Part shown: positions 52,537-64,000 of the stretch, piece after piece
How positions within the stretch are numbered: the stretch's first letter is position 1
Layout of the letters: the number at the start of each line of letters is the position of its first letter
Assembly (NCBI GenBank): GCA_951406725.2
Contig: OX597830.1
Location: forward strand, 44,144,001 to 44,208,000
Reading direction: 5' to 3'
Source: Octopus vulgaris
Taxonomy: Eukaryota
DNA: 64,000 nt
The notes under the pieces: generated by a model
Told to the model about the DNA's origin: nothing
Database searches by the model: none
Seen by the model: only the letters and a program-made list of their open reading frames with translations
Position numbers and translations under genes: made by a program

Positions 52537-55422
52537 GAGGCACATGGTTTAGTGGTTAGGGTGTCAGCATCATGATCGTAAGATTGTGGTTTCGATTCCT
52601 GGACCAGGCGACACGTTGTGTTCTTGAGCAAAACACTTCATTTCATGTTGCTCCAGTCCACTCAGCTGGCAAAAATGAGTAACGCTGCGATGGACTGGCA
52701 TCCCATCCAGCTGGGGAACACATACGCCATAGAAACTGGGAAACTGGGCCCATGAGCCTGGTTAGGCTTTAAAAGGGCACAGTTATTTATTATTATTATT
52801 ATATATATGTATTTAATATTTTTGGACTAATGGGTATATTGATTGGTGAGTTGAAGTGTTGTGTAGAGAACTGGCACAGTTTAGGCTACCCGATGTCATC
52901 TGCAGTCGGGGTATATCTCTGTTGGATCTACTTCAGGAATTCTGCAGTGTTAGTTGAGATAATAATAATAATTTCTTAAGTAACCAGAAGATAGATTTGG
53001 TATTTTAATCTTTGTACAAAATGAAGATTAATACCAAATCCCTCTTCTTGTTACTTAATATTATTATTATTATATATGTTCTTTTACTCTTTTACTTGTT
53101 TCAGTCATTTGATTGTGGCCATACTGGAGTACCGCCTTTAGTTGAGCAAATCGGCCCCAGGACTTATTATTTGTTAGCCTAGAACTTATTCTATTGGTCA
53201 CTTTTGTTGAACTGCTAAGTTACGAGAACATAAACCTACCAGCATCGGTTGTCAAGTAATGTTGACATGTGAGAAGCACCATTTGAGCATGATTGTTGCC
53301 AGCGTTGCCTTAACATTCAAGCGTGGTTGTTTTCAGTGCCGGCGGACTGGCTCCTGTGCAAGTAGCATGTAAAAACACCTTTTGAGCGTGAGCGTGGTCA
53401 TTGCTAGAACTGCCTGACTGGCCCTCGTGCCAGTGGCATGTAAAAAGCACCCACTACACTCTCAGAGTGGTTGGCATTAGGAAGGGCGTCCAGCTGTAGA
53501 AACTTTGCCAGACCAGATTGAGCCTGGTACAGCCTCTGGCTCATCAGTCCTCAGTCAAACCGTCCAACCCATGCCAATATGGAAAGCGGACATTAAACGA
53601 TGATGATGATGATATATATATATATATATATATACACACGCACATACATGCATACACACACTGTGCTTGGGCAGAAGACCCATCAAGCCAAATGAAATTG
53701 TGCCAGTGGTACATAAAAGCACCCATTACACTCTCAGAATGGTTAACATTGGGTAGGGCATGCAACCATAGAAACCATGCCAAATCTGGTGCAGCCATTT
53801 AGCTTGCCAGCCCTGGTCAAACCGTCCAACCCATGGGCAACAGATATTAAATGGTGATGATGATGATGATGATATACATATCTATATACATTTGCATTTA
53901 TGTATATCTTTGTGTTTGTTCTTTACCATGGCTTCACAAACAGTGCTGGCTTGTTTACATTGCAAAGACTTAGTAGTTCGGCAAAAAAAGACTGATAAAA
54001 TAAGTATCTAGCTTCAAAAGAAAAGAAAAAAGCAATAGGTGCAGGAGTAGCTGTGTGGTAAGAAGCTTGCTTCTCAACCACATGGTTCTGGGTTCAGTCC
54101 CACTGCATGGCACCTTTGGCAAATGTCTTCTACTATAGCCTTGGGCTGACCAAAGCCTTGTGCATAGATTTGGTAGACAGAAACTGTCGTATATATGTAT
54201 CATCATCATCATCATTTAGCGTCTGCTTTATGATGATGATGATGATACATATATACGACAGGCTTCTTTCAGTTTTATATATATATTTATGTATATATTT
54301 ATGTGTGTTTGTCCCCCCCTACCATTGTTTGACATGAGAACTGATGTTGGTGTGTTTAGCTTTACGTAACTTAGTGGTTCGACAAAAGTGACCAATAGAA
54401 TAAGTACTAGGCTTACAAAGAATAAGTTCTGGGGTCAGTTTATTCCATCGAGTAAAGGTGGTGTCTCCAGTATGGCTGCAGTCAAATTGACTGAAATGAG
54501 TAAAAGAATAAAAGAATATAACACAGTAAAAAGTAATAATAATAATAACGGTTTCAAATCTTTGCCACAAGGGTGGTTTGTGGTGAGGTGGGGATAAGTT
54601 GATTAGGTTGACCCCCAGAGTTCAACTGGTACTTATTTTATTTCAAATTCCGCCGAGGTCGACTTTGCCTTTCATCCTTTCGGGGTTGATTAAATAAGTA
54701 CCAGTTACGCACTGGGGTCGATATAATCGACTTAATCCGTTTGTCTGTTCTTGTTTGTCCCCTCTGTGTTTAGCCCCTTGTGGGTAGTAAAGAAATAGGT
54801 ACTTATTTTATTGACTTCGAAAGGATGATGGGTAAAGTCGACCTTGGAGGAATTTGAACTCAGAACGTAGCGACAAGCAAACGACGGCCAAGCATTTCAT
54901 CCGGCGGCGTACTGACAATTCTGCCAGCTCATCACTTTCATTAATAATAATAACAATAATAAGTTATTTTCTTAGACAAAACCTCTCAATGTGGTGCCCC
55001 AGCATGGCCTGCAGTCAAATGGCTGAAGCAAGTAAAAGATAATAGGCAGAAGATAAAAGCATGAAATTAATCGTTTATAAGGAGTATATCTTGAGACAGA
55101 TTTTTTTCTTCTTTATCTCATGAATTGTTTGTGTTTGAGACTCGAGAGACTGGAGTCTGAATGCTGGTAGCGAGCATAAGTGTTGCTAGACACAAATGTT
55201 GTCAGTGTTAAAGATAAAGTGATGAGTTATTTTAATATCATTTCCAACAAACTATTCTGCTGGTTTGTTTCGTGTATTTTTGTAATTTTGTATCTGTGTT
55301 TGACCTACAGAGTCTCGTGGTATTGTGGCAAATGTTTACAAATGTGATTATTATTTTCACAAGTAATTGGTGTGAATGTGCTTGTTCCCACATTCTTCAT
55401 GTAATGATAGATGTATGAATGC

Positions 55423-55462
<40 letters not shown>

Positions 55463-55929
55463 CTGGCTACATAAATAAATAAGCTTGCTCTCTGTGAAAA
55501 ATGGCTGTTAATCTATCTATTTATCTCTCTCTCACTCTATCTATCTATCTGTCTGTCTGTCTGTCTGTCTGTCTATCCATCTATCCATCATCATCATCAT
55601 ACATCTGTTGTCCATGCTGGCATGGGTTGGTTGGTTTGACCGGGCTGGCATGCTGGAAGGTTACACTAGACTCCAGTCTGATTTGGCATGAGTTTTCTAT
55701 GGCTAGATGCCCTTCCTAAAGCCGTCTCCCAGAGTGTAATGGGTGATTTTATGTTCCACTGGCACAGGTGCCACTTGTGTGACACTAGTATCTGCCATGA
55801 CTGTGATTTTGCCCAGCTTGATGGGTTTTCTCAAGCACAACATATCTATACTTACCTATCTGTGTATATAGTGTCAATGCATGAAACTCTTGGACCTTGA
55901 GTTACTGTTCCTTCTGCTAAATATTGATA

Positions 55930-56111
55930 AAAATCTATCTATCTATCTATCTCTGTATCTGTCTGTCTATCTCTGTATCCATCTGTCTCTATCTATCTCT
56001 GTATCTGTCTTTCTGTCTTTCTATCATCTGTCTGTCTGTCTGCCTGTCTATAATCTCTCTGTCTGTCTATCATCTGTCTATCATCTCTCTATCTATCTAT
56101 CTGACCATCTA

Positions 56112-56154
<43 letters not shown>

Positions 56155-56332
56155 GACTGTCTGTCTATCTATCATCTCTCTCTCTATCTATCTATCTATC
56201 TATCATCTGACTGTCTGTCTATCTATCATCTCACTCTCTCTCTCTCTCTATCTATCTATCATCTGACTATCTATCTATCATCTCTCTCTCTCTCTATCTA
56301 TCTATCTATCATCTGTCTGTATCTATCATCTG

Positions 56333-56392
<60 letters not shown>

Positions 56393-56638
56393 CTGTCTGT
56401 CTCTCTATCATCTATCATCTGTCTATCTATCTGTCTATCATCTGTCTGTCTGCCTATCATCTATCTATCTGTCTATCTGTCTGTATGTGTGTGTGTGTAG
56501 ATGGATAGCATGTGTGTGTAGATGGATAGCATGTGTGTGTGTGGGTGTGTTTCAGAATAAACTATCCCCAGCTTGTAAGCACATGAATTTTTCTGCATAC
56601 TTCAGGTTCAGTGAGAGCAGGGTTACTTTTGTATTGAT

Positions 56639-56711
<73 letters not shown>

Positions 56712-57656
56712 CTCTCCTCCACTATTGATTGATCCTCAAAGAATTCTATCCATTTCTCCAATAATATTGTTCTACAGCATGATCAGTAAGCTACAAATAA
56801 TTCATTTACTGAAAACAAAGAACCAATGGACTTTTGTCTGCTGACATACACAGTATTAGTAGTAGTACTAGTAGTAGCAGTAGTAGTAGTGGTAGTGGTA
56901 GTGGTAGTCATTCTTGCTGAAACTAATATATTGTTAGCAGAGGACAACTTAGGGGGGATGGCTGAGTGGGATTCAGGAGAATGGTTGGTCTGACTTTGAT
57001 GGCTGACTTTGAATCACTTGAAATGGTTGGCACAGTGGCACAAGTCTGTGGCTGTTGTTGAAGATGGTGGTGGGTTGTGGTAAGGAGAGTGGAGGGGGAG
57101 AGGGTAGGGATGAAGGGAGCAGAGCTGGCCAAAAGTGAGTCTGTGTGTGTGTGTGTGTGTGCACGCCTTGCTTTCTACTGGGATATTAAGCTTCAGGGGG
57201 TTTAGTCTTATTATGCTGGCCTCCAACACTTTAGTGTATATTTTATTGACTTTGGAAGGGAAAAGGCAAAGTTGACCTACATATCTGTCTGTCTATCTGT
57301 CTGTCTGTCTGTCTGTGTCTGCCTGTCTGCCTGCCTGCCTGCCTGCCTGTCTGTCTGTCTGTCTGTCTGTCTGGCTATCTACCTATTTATCTGTCTATGT
57401 ATGTATGTATCTATCTATCTGTCTATCTATCTATCTATCTGTCTGTCTGTCTAGTTATCTGTCTATGTATGTATGTATGTATGTATGTATGTATGTATGT
57501 TGACCTACCTACCGGTCTGTCTGTCTGTCTATCTAGCTGTCTATCTATCTGTCTAGCTGTCTATTTATCTATCTATCTACCTACCTATCTATCTACCTAC
57601 CTATCTATCTACCTATCTATCTATCTATCTATCTACCTATCTATCTATCTACCTAC

Positions 57657-57710
<54 letters not shown>

Positions 57711-57750
57711 CTCTAATTATCTATCTATCTATCTATCTGTCTGTCTGTCT
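55930..57750. repeat. Compound (ATCT/GTCT)n, (TG)n and (ATGT)n microsatellite cluster
   Basis: Direct inspection: tetranucleotide arrays at 55930-56485 and 57280-57750; (TG)n at 56643-56706. Confidence 0.95.
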
Positions 57751-58058
57751 ATTTATAGGATGACTCCTTTATAGGTTGTGTGTGTATGCATTGACATACA
57801 TCAATAAATATTGATTCCTCATATTAGAACAAAGCCACAAAGTTTTTAGGGATGGTATTTCTAAGTTGAGTTCAGATACTGTGTAATTTTATTGACTATT
57901 AAAAGGCAAAGTTTGAATTCTAAGCAGGATGTAACTTGCTGATTGGTCATTGGTAAATATTGTATGGAATGTCAGGAAGAAGGGACTAGAGAATGCCAAG
58001 GGCAAGAAAAATTAATGTGTGTATGTATATGTATATGTATGTATGTATGTATGTATAC

Positions 58059-58099
<41 letters not shown>

Positions 58100-58803
58100 T
58101 ATATACATATATACAGCTTCACAGACCCCAGTTGAACCGTCCAACCCATGCTAGCATGGAGAACGGACGCTAAATGATGATGATGATGATATATGTATAC
58201 GTATATATGTATATGTGAGTGTGTGTGTGTATAACTATGTGTATGTGTGTATATGTGTTGGAATGTGTATGTATGTGTGTATGATGTATATGTACGTATG
58301 TATGCATGTATGTGTGTATGTATGCAGGCATGTGTGTATATATCTATTGATGTTTGTATATTTCTTATTTTCAAGAATGTTGGCTGGGTGGTATTTTGAT
58401 TGAGTTCTGAGTTCAAAACTCACTGTAGGTGACCCTGCATTTTACCCCACCAGGGCTAAAGAAACATTTGAATGATTACCAGTAAAGTGTTAGAGTTAAA
58501 TTAATCATTGATAATAATTAACCCACCCCTCTCATAGTTTGTTACATGCATATATGTGGTTGCTCAGTCTGCTAGAAACGGCAGCCAAATCTCCCACAAA
58601 TCATATCCTGTTGTCTTAGATATACTACAACTTGACAAGAAGGTAGCTTGATCATGGGCTGAAGTATCATGTGGTTGCTCTGTCAGGGTCTAACCTGTAC
58701 TAAACAACAGCATCAACCTATATTAATTCAAAGGAAATATTAACTGCGTAAACTTCACCAAATTATGGGTTTTTATCCCAGTCTAGGCACTTTTGAAAAG
58801 CTA

Positions 58804-59156
58804 CTAGACTATCTGTGACCGTTTTATTCCGTTTGTATTCCCATTTCAGAGTTATGTTACTTTTGGAGTATTTTTCCATTATATGCCATTTTGGCTATTT
58901 TTGAAGGTACCCCCCAAAACGCATATCACAGGAATCCATGGTCCAATTTACATGAAACCTGTTTTCTGTTTGTATTCACATTTCAGGGGTGCCTTACTTT
59001 CAGAATATTTTCTCATTAAGTGCTGGTTGGGCTGTATTAAATTACAGACAAGCACGCATGAATGCAAGCAAGCAAGCATGCAAGCAAGCATGCAAGCAAG
59101 CATGCAAGCAAGCATGCATGCAAGCAAGCAATCACAGAGTTTTAGTAATATATAGA
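58804..59156 (-). mobile_element. Putative non-autonomous Helitron with internal 12-bp repeat
   Basis: Minus strand starts TCTATATATTACTAAAA, then a repeat seen on + as (GCAAGCAAGCAT)n, and ends GTCTAG|T. 3' hairpin is degenerate and the 5' flank is T rather than A. Confidence 0.45.
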
Positions 59157-60903
59157 AAGACTGTGACCCTCTGTGTAGGACCAGCTAAGTGTTGGTTTCA
59201 GATTTTTGCTCAAGCAAATGACAAATCTCTGACACTCCTTGTTGGAACCCTTGTGACTTTGCCTGCAATGGAATTTAACACTGCCAGCCAATCCAACAAC
59301 ACATCTATTTTACAGTGCTGTACTTTGCTATTTACGTTTTTAAGTTAGCCCACCTCTGTGGTCTCTAATTAAAGGTAGACAGACTGGACCATTTCAATTG
59401 TGTCTGGCTACAGATAATTCAGTCTTAATGACATTATACAAACCTTCCTGGCTGTTCAGTAAGTATCATTCTTTTGAGTTTCACTAAAGTTTACACAAGT
59501 TCATAGCTACAAAGATCCACTCACATTTGTATCATTGTCATTTTCCCAAAATTTTGTCTAGAATTTAAAAATGTGGTTGCCTCACAGAGGCAATGACAGA
59601 TGACTAAGACCTTTGGCCTTATGCCGTGGTTGAGCAGAAGACCCATCAAGCCAAATGAAATTGTAGTTGTGGCAGATAATGGTGTCATGCAATTGGCACA
59701 TAAAAGCAACCAGTATTCTCTTGGAGTGGTGGGCGTTAGGAGGGGCATCCAGCTGTCGAAAGCATGCCAAATCAGACTGGAGTCTGGTGCAGCCCCTCAT
59801 CTTACCAGCCATAGTCAAACCGTACAACCCATGCCAGCATGGACAACGGATGGTAAATGATGATGATGATGCAGACATAGCTAAATGATTAGAAAGCTTA
59901 CTTTCCAATTTTGTGGTCTCAGGTTCAGTCCCACTGTGCAACATCTTGAACAGTCCCACTGTGCAACATCTTGAACAAGCTGACCAAAGGCTTGTGAGTG
60001 GATTTTGGTTGACAGAAACTGAAAGAAGCTTGATATAGGCACATGAGTGAGTGTGTAATAAGTAGGTTGCTTACCAACTACCTGGTTCTGGGTTCTGTCC
60101 CACTGCGTGGCACCTTGGGCAAGTGTCTTCTATTATAGCCTCAGGTTGGCCACAGCCTTGTGAATGGATTTGGTAGATGGAAACTGAAAGAAGCCCATCA
60201 TATATATATATGTATGTATGTATATGTTTGTGTCTGTGTTTGTCCTTCCACCATCGTTTGACAACCGATGCTGGTGTCAATAACTTCGCATTCAGTAAAA
60301 AGAGACCAATAGAATAAGTACTAGGCTTGCAAAGAATAAGTCCTGGGATCAATTTGACTAAAGACGGTGCTCCAGCATGGCCGCAGTCAAAATGACTGAA
60401 ACAAATAAAAGAATATACATGTGTGTGTGTGTATGTGTGTGTGTGTACACGTGATCTTACATTCAAAACCAGATCTATGCAACGGAATGACTTTTGAGCA
60501 ATTGTCTAAAGCAACAACAATATATCTGATTTTGATTGGAAGACTAAGATTTGCCTCCTGCCTATATGGCATTTATCCCAGTTTGACTGAAAAAATTTCA
60601 TGTGCATGAAGCCAGCAGCTTGTAGATTGTGTTTTAATGGTTATCATGAAATTGCTCAAATATGCACTTACACCGGATTTCAAAGTAAGCTCCTCGTATA
60701 TGTCAGTGTCACCCTTGCTCTGACATCATGGGATTATTTTAAACAAACATCTGTGTCATACGAGCAATGTTGTTTGATTCCAGTCTTTTGTAGAATACAT
60801 GTCTGGCTGTGGGGAAATATTAGTTTGCTTGGAAATAAGTGAGGGTAGGTGACAGGAAGGGCATCCAGCTTTAGAAAATCTGCATCAACAAATATATGTC
60901 TGA

Positions 60904-61176
<273 letters not shown>

Positions 61177-61824
61177 TAAAATTGAGGTGCAGTTGTAGCT
61201 GTGTTTGAGGCACAGGTGTGGCTGTGGTTGTAAGAAGGTTGCTTCCTAACCACATGGCTCTGGGTTCTGTCTCACTGCATGACATCTTGGGCTGACAAAA
61301 CCCTTCTGAGTGAATTTGGTAGATGGAAACTGAAAGAAGCCCTTTGTATATATATGTATATGTGTCTATGTTTACCCCTCTCCCATCACTTGACAACCAA
61401 TGCTGGTGTGTTTATGTCCCTGTAACTTAGCAGTTTGGCAAAAAAAGACCGATAAAATAAGCACTAGGCTTACTAAGGATAAGTCCCGGGGTCGACTTGT
61501 TTAACTAAAGGCGGTCAGTGCTCCAGCATGGCTGCAGTCAAATGACTGAAACAAGTAAAAGAATAAATTTTAAACATAATAATTAAAAGCATTTTCAACT
61601 GTTACATTTAGTTTTAATTCTTAAATTTCTCAACCTTCATCAAAGCAAGTTTTAGTTTTAATAATTAAAAAGCCATCCGGGGGGGTATCTATGTCACACA
61701 TCAAAAGTAGTCACCTCGCTCATTGTTCATAAAGGTGTGTAGGTGGTGGTGGGTGGGGCTTGAGTCTCCAATAAACTCACCTGTCATGACTTTGCTGAAT
61801 TGCTTGACTATGCTTAGACCTGTA

Positions 61825-62320
61825 TATCCTCCCCCTCCTCCTCACCTTATCCCCTCCTGTATATCCTCCACACCTTGTCCTTCTCCTTCCTTGCCCTTCC
61901 TCCTCAGCACCCTCTCCCTCTTCCTCGCCCTCTCCCTTCTCCTCGCCCTCTCCCTCCATGCCCTCTCCCTTCTCCTTGGCCTCTCCCTCCTCCTTGCCTT
62001 TCTCTCTCCTCCTTGCCCTTCTTCCTCCTCATCCTCCCTACTACTCACCCATACCTTGTCCTCTCCCTCCTCGCTCTCTCTCTCCTTCTTGCCCTCTCCC
62101 TCCTCGGCCTCTCCCTTCTCCTCAGCCTCTCCCTCCTTGCCCTTCTTCCTCATTCTCCTTGCCCTTCTTCCTCATCCTCCCTACTGCTCATCCTTCTCCC
62201 TTCTCTTTGTTCTCCCTCCTCCTCACCTCTTCTCCCTCCTTGCACTTCCCCCTTCCTTGCTCCTTTTCTTCCTTGGCCTTCTCTCTCTTCCCCCTTGTCT
62301 TCCTCATCCACCTCCTGATC
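61825..62320. repeat. ~500-bp polypyrimidine/polypurine low-complexity tract
   Basis: CCT/CTT/CTC-rich with recurring CCCTCTCCCTT/CCTTGCCCTT units. Confidence 0.9.
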
Positions 62321-62541
62321 ATCATCCTCATCATTTAATGTCCACTTTTCATGCATGCATTGGAAAGACAGAATTTGTTGAGGTAGATGACTGGGGATCT
62401 CCTGCCTCTTTCCAAGCAAAGTAATATTTTCCCCTAGCTGGGATTGATTTCCATAGAGGATTGGGAACAAACAACCTTACCTTTATGATGATTGTGATGA
62501 TGATGCTTATTTACAGCCATCCTGTGATGATAAGACAAGAG

Positions 62542-62590
<49 letters not shown>

Positions 62591-63548
62591 TATTTATTCT
62601 AAACAAGGCATATTTTGCTAAAAGTGCTCAACAGATATTCATAAAATTATAAATTTACTTGGAGCTGTGGCCAGTCTTATAGAGTAAAAAAATAGTTGCA
62701 AAGATACATGATATGAAGGAAATATATATAACCCTACTTTGTTGCATGACTTCTGCTAGAGAACATTCAGGTGATGTAAAAAGACAGAATCTCTCTGTGA
62801 CAATCAGTCATAGACGTTGAATGTAAGAAAACAACCTAGAATAGACAAATGTGCTGAAAAAGCCGACGCCTCTGTATCCAATGCAGATGAATATATTCAG
62901 ATGAAATTGTCTCTTGAGGAAGAATTACCCCAGAGTCTTTAACAGGTAATTTGGAGGTCTTCTCTCACCAGTTGGTTTTAAAGACAAGATACACTCCCAT
63001 CTCTTTTAAGTCTATCTCTTTAGCTTCTCCATAGAATTCAGAGCCAGCATTGGCAGTTACAATGTTTCTTACTAGATTACATGTATGCAAACAATGTGAT
63101 TGAAGGTAGAAAAAATAGGAAATAGTTGTACGATCATATTTTGTGGTGATACATAAAAGCACCCGTGTGGCATTGGGTAAAAGTGTCCACATGGTGCTAC
63201 ATAAAAGTGTTCGTGTGGTACCATGTAAAAGCATCCAGTACATGCTGGAAAGTGGTTGGTGTTAGGAAGGACATCCAGATGTATAAACTATAACAAATCA
63301 GAGTGGAGTCTGGTGCGGCTTACCAGCCCAGGGCAAAAGTCCGTCCAACCCATGCCAGCATGAATAACAGATGTTAGATGATGATGATATATGTGTGTGT
63401 GTGTGTGTGTTTGTGTTTATGTATATCTTTGTGTTTGTTCCCCACCATGTTTGACAACCAGTGCTGGTTTGTTTACATTCCCAAAACTTAGTAGTTCAAC
63501 AAAAAGAAACCAATAAAATAAGTATCAAGCTTCAAAAAACAGTAAAAA

Positions 63549-63581
<33 letters not shown>

Positions 63582-64000
63582 GTTTCAGATTTTGCCACAA
63601 GGGCAGCAATTTTGGGGGAGAGGATGAGTCGATTAGCTGACCCCAGTGTTCAACTGGTACTCAATTTATCAACCCTAAAAGGATGAAAGATAAAATTGAC
63701 CTCAGTGGAATTTGAACTCAGAACATAGCGATGGGCGAAATACGCTAAGCATTTTGTCTGGTGTGCTAATGATTCTGCCAGCTCACCACCTATTATAATA
63801 ATAATAAGAGCTCTCAACGCAAACCTCCACCAAGGTAACACCAATGTCCTCTCAACAATTAGCTGAAGATGATTTTTAAAATGAGAACATCTTAAATAAA
63901 CTTGATTGCTCTCACAAACAAGAATACTAAAAATGAATCTGACAGCTCTCAAAAATTAAGGAAAAAAAACAGGAAAAATAATCCCGAATCCGTATCCGGT

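Noticed and set aside
61723-62470. 233-aa Leu/Pro/Ser and Glu/Gly/Arg ORFs
   Set aside because: Low-complexity tract is open in several frames on both strands; no domain recognisable.
62750-63070. Possible next ECD exon or GIY-YIG remnant
   Set aside because: Does not give the expected continuation (V-F/Y-x-x-x-G-x-L) and lacks clear splice sites or motifs.

Overview
AT-rich, microsatellite- and SINE-dense eukaryotic DNA. The repeat landscape strongly resembles an octopod cephalopod (Octopus-like); that assignment is recognition from memory, not a search result. One host gene is well supported: the 5' part of ecdysoneless (ECD/SGT1 family) on the + strand, with three coding exons (18606-18804, 43142-43259, 60978-61065) that splice in frame across ~24 kb and ~18 kb introns. 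The rest is mostly repeat-derived: about four SINE families, piggyBac/hAT/Tigger-type MITEs, a decayed mariner, LINE 3' fragments and a tRNA-Phe pseudogene. Most ORF-track entries are repeat artefacts. Highlights: a well-formed type I hammerhead ribozyme inside a perfect 116-bp-arm palindrome, plus further Penelope-type hammerhead motifs; several long fold-back palindromes, two of them at SINE ends; and a genomic Glu (GAG) at the normally conserved Gly of the ECD [12 protein letters not shown] motif that one A-to-I edit would restore.
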